From: Campylobacterota bacterium
GTDB lineage: Bacteria; Campylobacterota; Campylobacteria; Campylobacterales; Sulfurimonadaceae
NCBI GenBank assembly: GCA_034717975.1
Contig: JAYEMF010000049.1
Location: 1-18,798 of the forward strand
Reading direction: 5' to 3'
Length of the DNA: 18,798 bases
Both the position numbers and the translations under genes were made by a program. The notes below the pieces were generated by a model. That model did not search any database. It was not told the origin of the DNA and saw only the letters and a list, made by a program, of their open reading frames with translations. Positions 17,849-18,798 of this stretch are shown here, piece after piece; position 1 is the first letter of the stretch, and each line of letters begins with the position of its first letter.

Positions 17849-18670
17849 ATGATACGATGCGATAAAATAGACAGACTCCTTGAAGCAGAATATGGAGAGC
17901 ATGCTGTTTCATACAAAAAGTTCAACGCATTCCTAACGCTCCTGACCCTTCGAAACGGCAAGGTCATGCTTTGCAAAGAGAGTCAACATGCACGTATCGA
18001 GGGGCAGATGATCACCTACCTCTCAAAATATATCAGGTGTGCCGAGCTCTACTATTTTGATGATGACCTGCTTTTGATGGAGTATATTGATGATCGGAGC
18101 AGGATCGATGAGGAGGAGGCAGCAAGAGATCTTGCACAGATGCACCTTCGTGAGTTTGACTATTTTGGATTTGAATACGATACGACCATAGGCCCATATC
18201 TGCAAAGCAATACGCCTTCTAAAAGCTGGATCGACTTTTTCACCAATCAAAGGGTAATGCAGATGGCAAGTGCATGTTACCAGGAGGGAAAGATAGAGAG
18301 CTCTCTGCTAAACCGCATTGAACGTTTTTCGGATAAATTTGGAAACTATCTCAGGGAGCCTCCTCACGCCTCACTGCTGCATGGCGATCTCTGGAGCGGT
18401 AATGTTTTATCGAAGGAGGGAAAGGCAGTCTATATCGATCCGGCTGTCTACTATGGCCACTATGAGATGGAGTTGGCCTTTATTGCACTGTTTCATACTT
18501 TTTCAGAAGAGTTTTTTCAGGCTTACCATGAGTCTCTGCCGATTGACGGCGATTTTTTTACGACCCGTAAAGATATCTTAAACCTCTACCCGTTATTGGT
18601 GCACGTAAGAAGCTTCGGTCACTCCTACCGTACACAGGTAGAAGCGATTGTAAGCCGGTTTGGATATTGA
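17849..18670 (+). CDS. Fructosamine/ketoamine kinase family protein
   Basis: LLMEYI, FGFEYDTTIG, LLHGDLWSGN, IDPAVYYGHYEMELA, LYPLLVH. ATG 17849 has SD AGGA. Confidence 0.9.
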   Translation: MIRCDKIDRLLEAEYGEHAVSYKKFNAFLTLLTLRNGKVMLCKESQHARIEGQMITYLSKYIRCAELYYFDDDLLLMEYIDDRSRIDEEEAARDLAQMHLREFDYFGFEYDTTIGPYLQSNTPSKSWIDFFTNQRVMQMASACYQEGKIESSLLNRIERFSDKFGNYLREPPHASLLHGDLWSGNVLSKEGKAVYIDPAVYYGHYEMELAFIALFHTFSEEFFQAYHESLPIDGDFFTTRKDILNLYPLLVHVRSFGHSYRTQVEAIVSRFGY

Positions 18671-18737
18671 TAGTGCCAAGCCAATCGGCGGACCCCAGCC
18701 CGCAAAACAATCCATTAATATATATAGTAATTCAAAA

Positions 18738-18798
18738 CTCACCTCTGTTTAAGGTGTACGCTCAGTCATTCCTGCGAAGGCAGGAATCTAAACCTCAA
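18738..18798. repeat. REP-like palindrome, probably the left part of a second MITE (truncated)
   Basis: GTCATTCCTGC-GAAG-GCAGGAATC at 18765-18788, 27 nt after CTCACCTCT; the same offset as in the dnaA MITE. Confidence 0.6.

Overview
Replication-origin region of a Campylobacterota (Sulfurimonas/Sulfurovum-like, judged from gene order and protein motifs). The core is ruvC <- -> dnaA-dnaN-gyrB-(degenerate GGDEF/EAL)-queF, with a bipartite oriC: DnaA-box clusters on both sides of dnaA, plus DnaA-trios and an AT-rich DUE before dnaN. Left of the core is a phosphate/signalling cluster: soluble histidine kinase, a 48-aa sORF, EAL-CBS-GGDEF protein, a 71-aa basic protein, an XRE-like regulator divergent from a 61-aa Lys/Ala H1-like protein, and pstCAB. 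Three of its promoters share an identically spaced Pho-box-like direct repeat. Right of the core are a 35-aa membrane sORF, a secreted protein, an M48/TPR protein with a broken HEXXH motif and its secreted partner, and a fructosamine kinase. Several small repeat elements occur, including a ~130-bp MITE with a target-site duplication inserted at the dnaA ribosome-binding site and a 52-nt covarying hairpin repeat. All calls were made by eye; no database searches were run.
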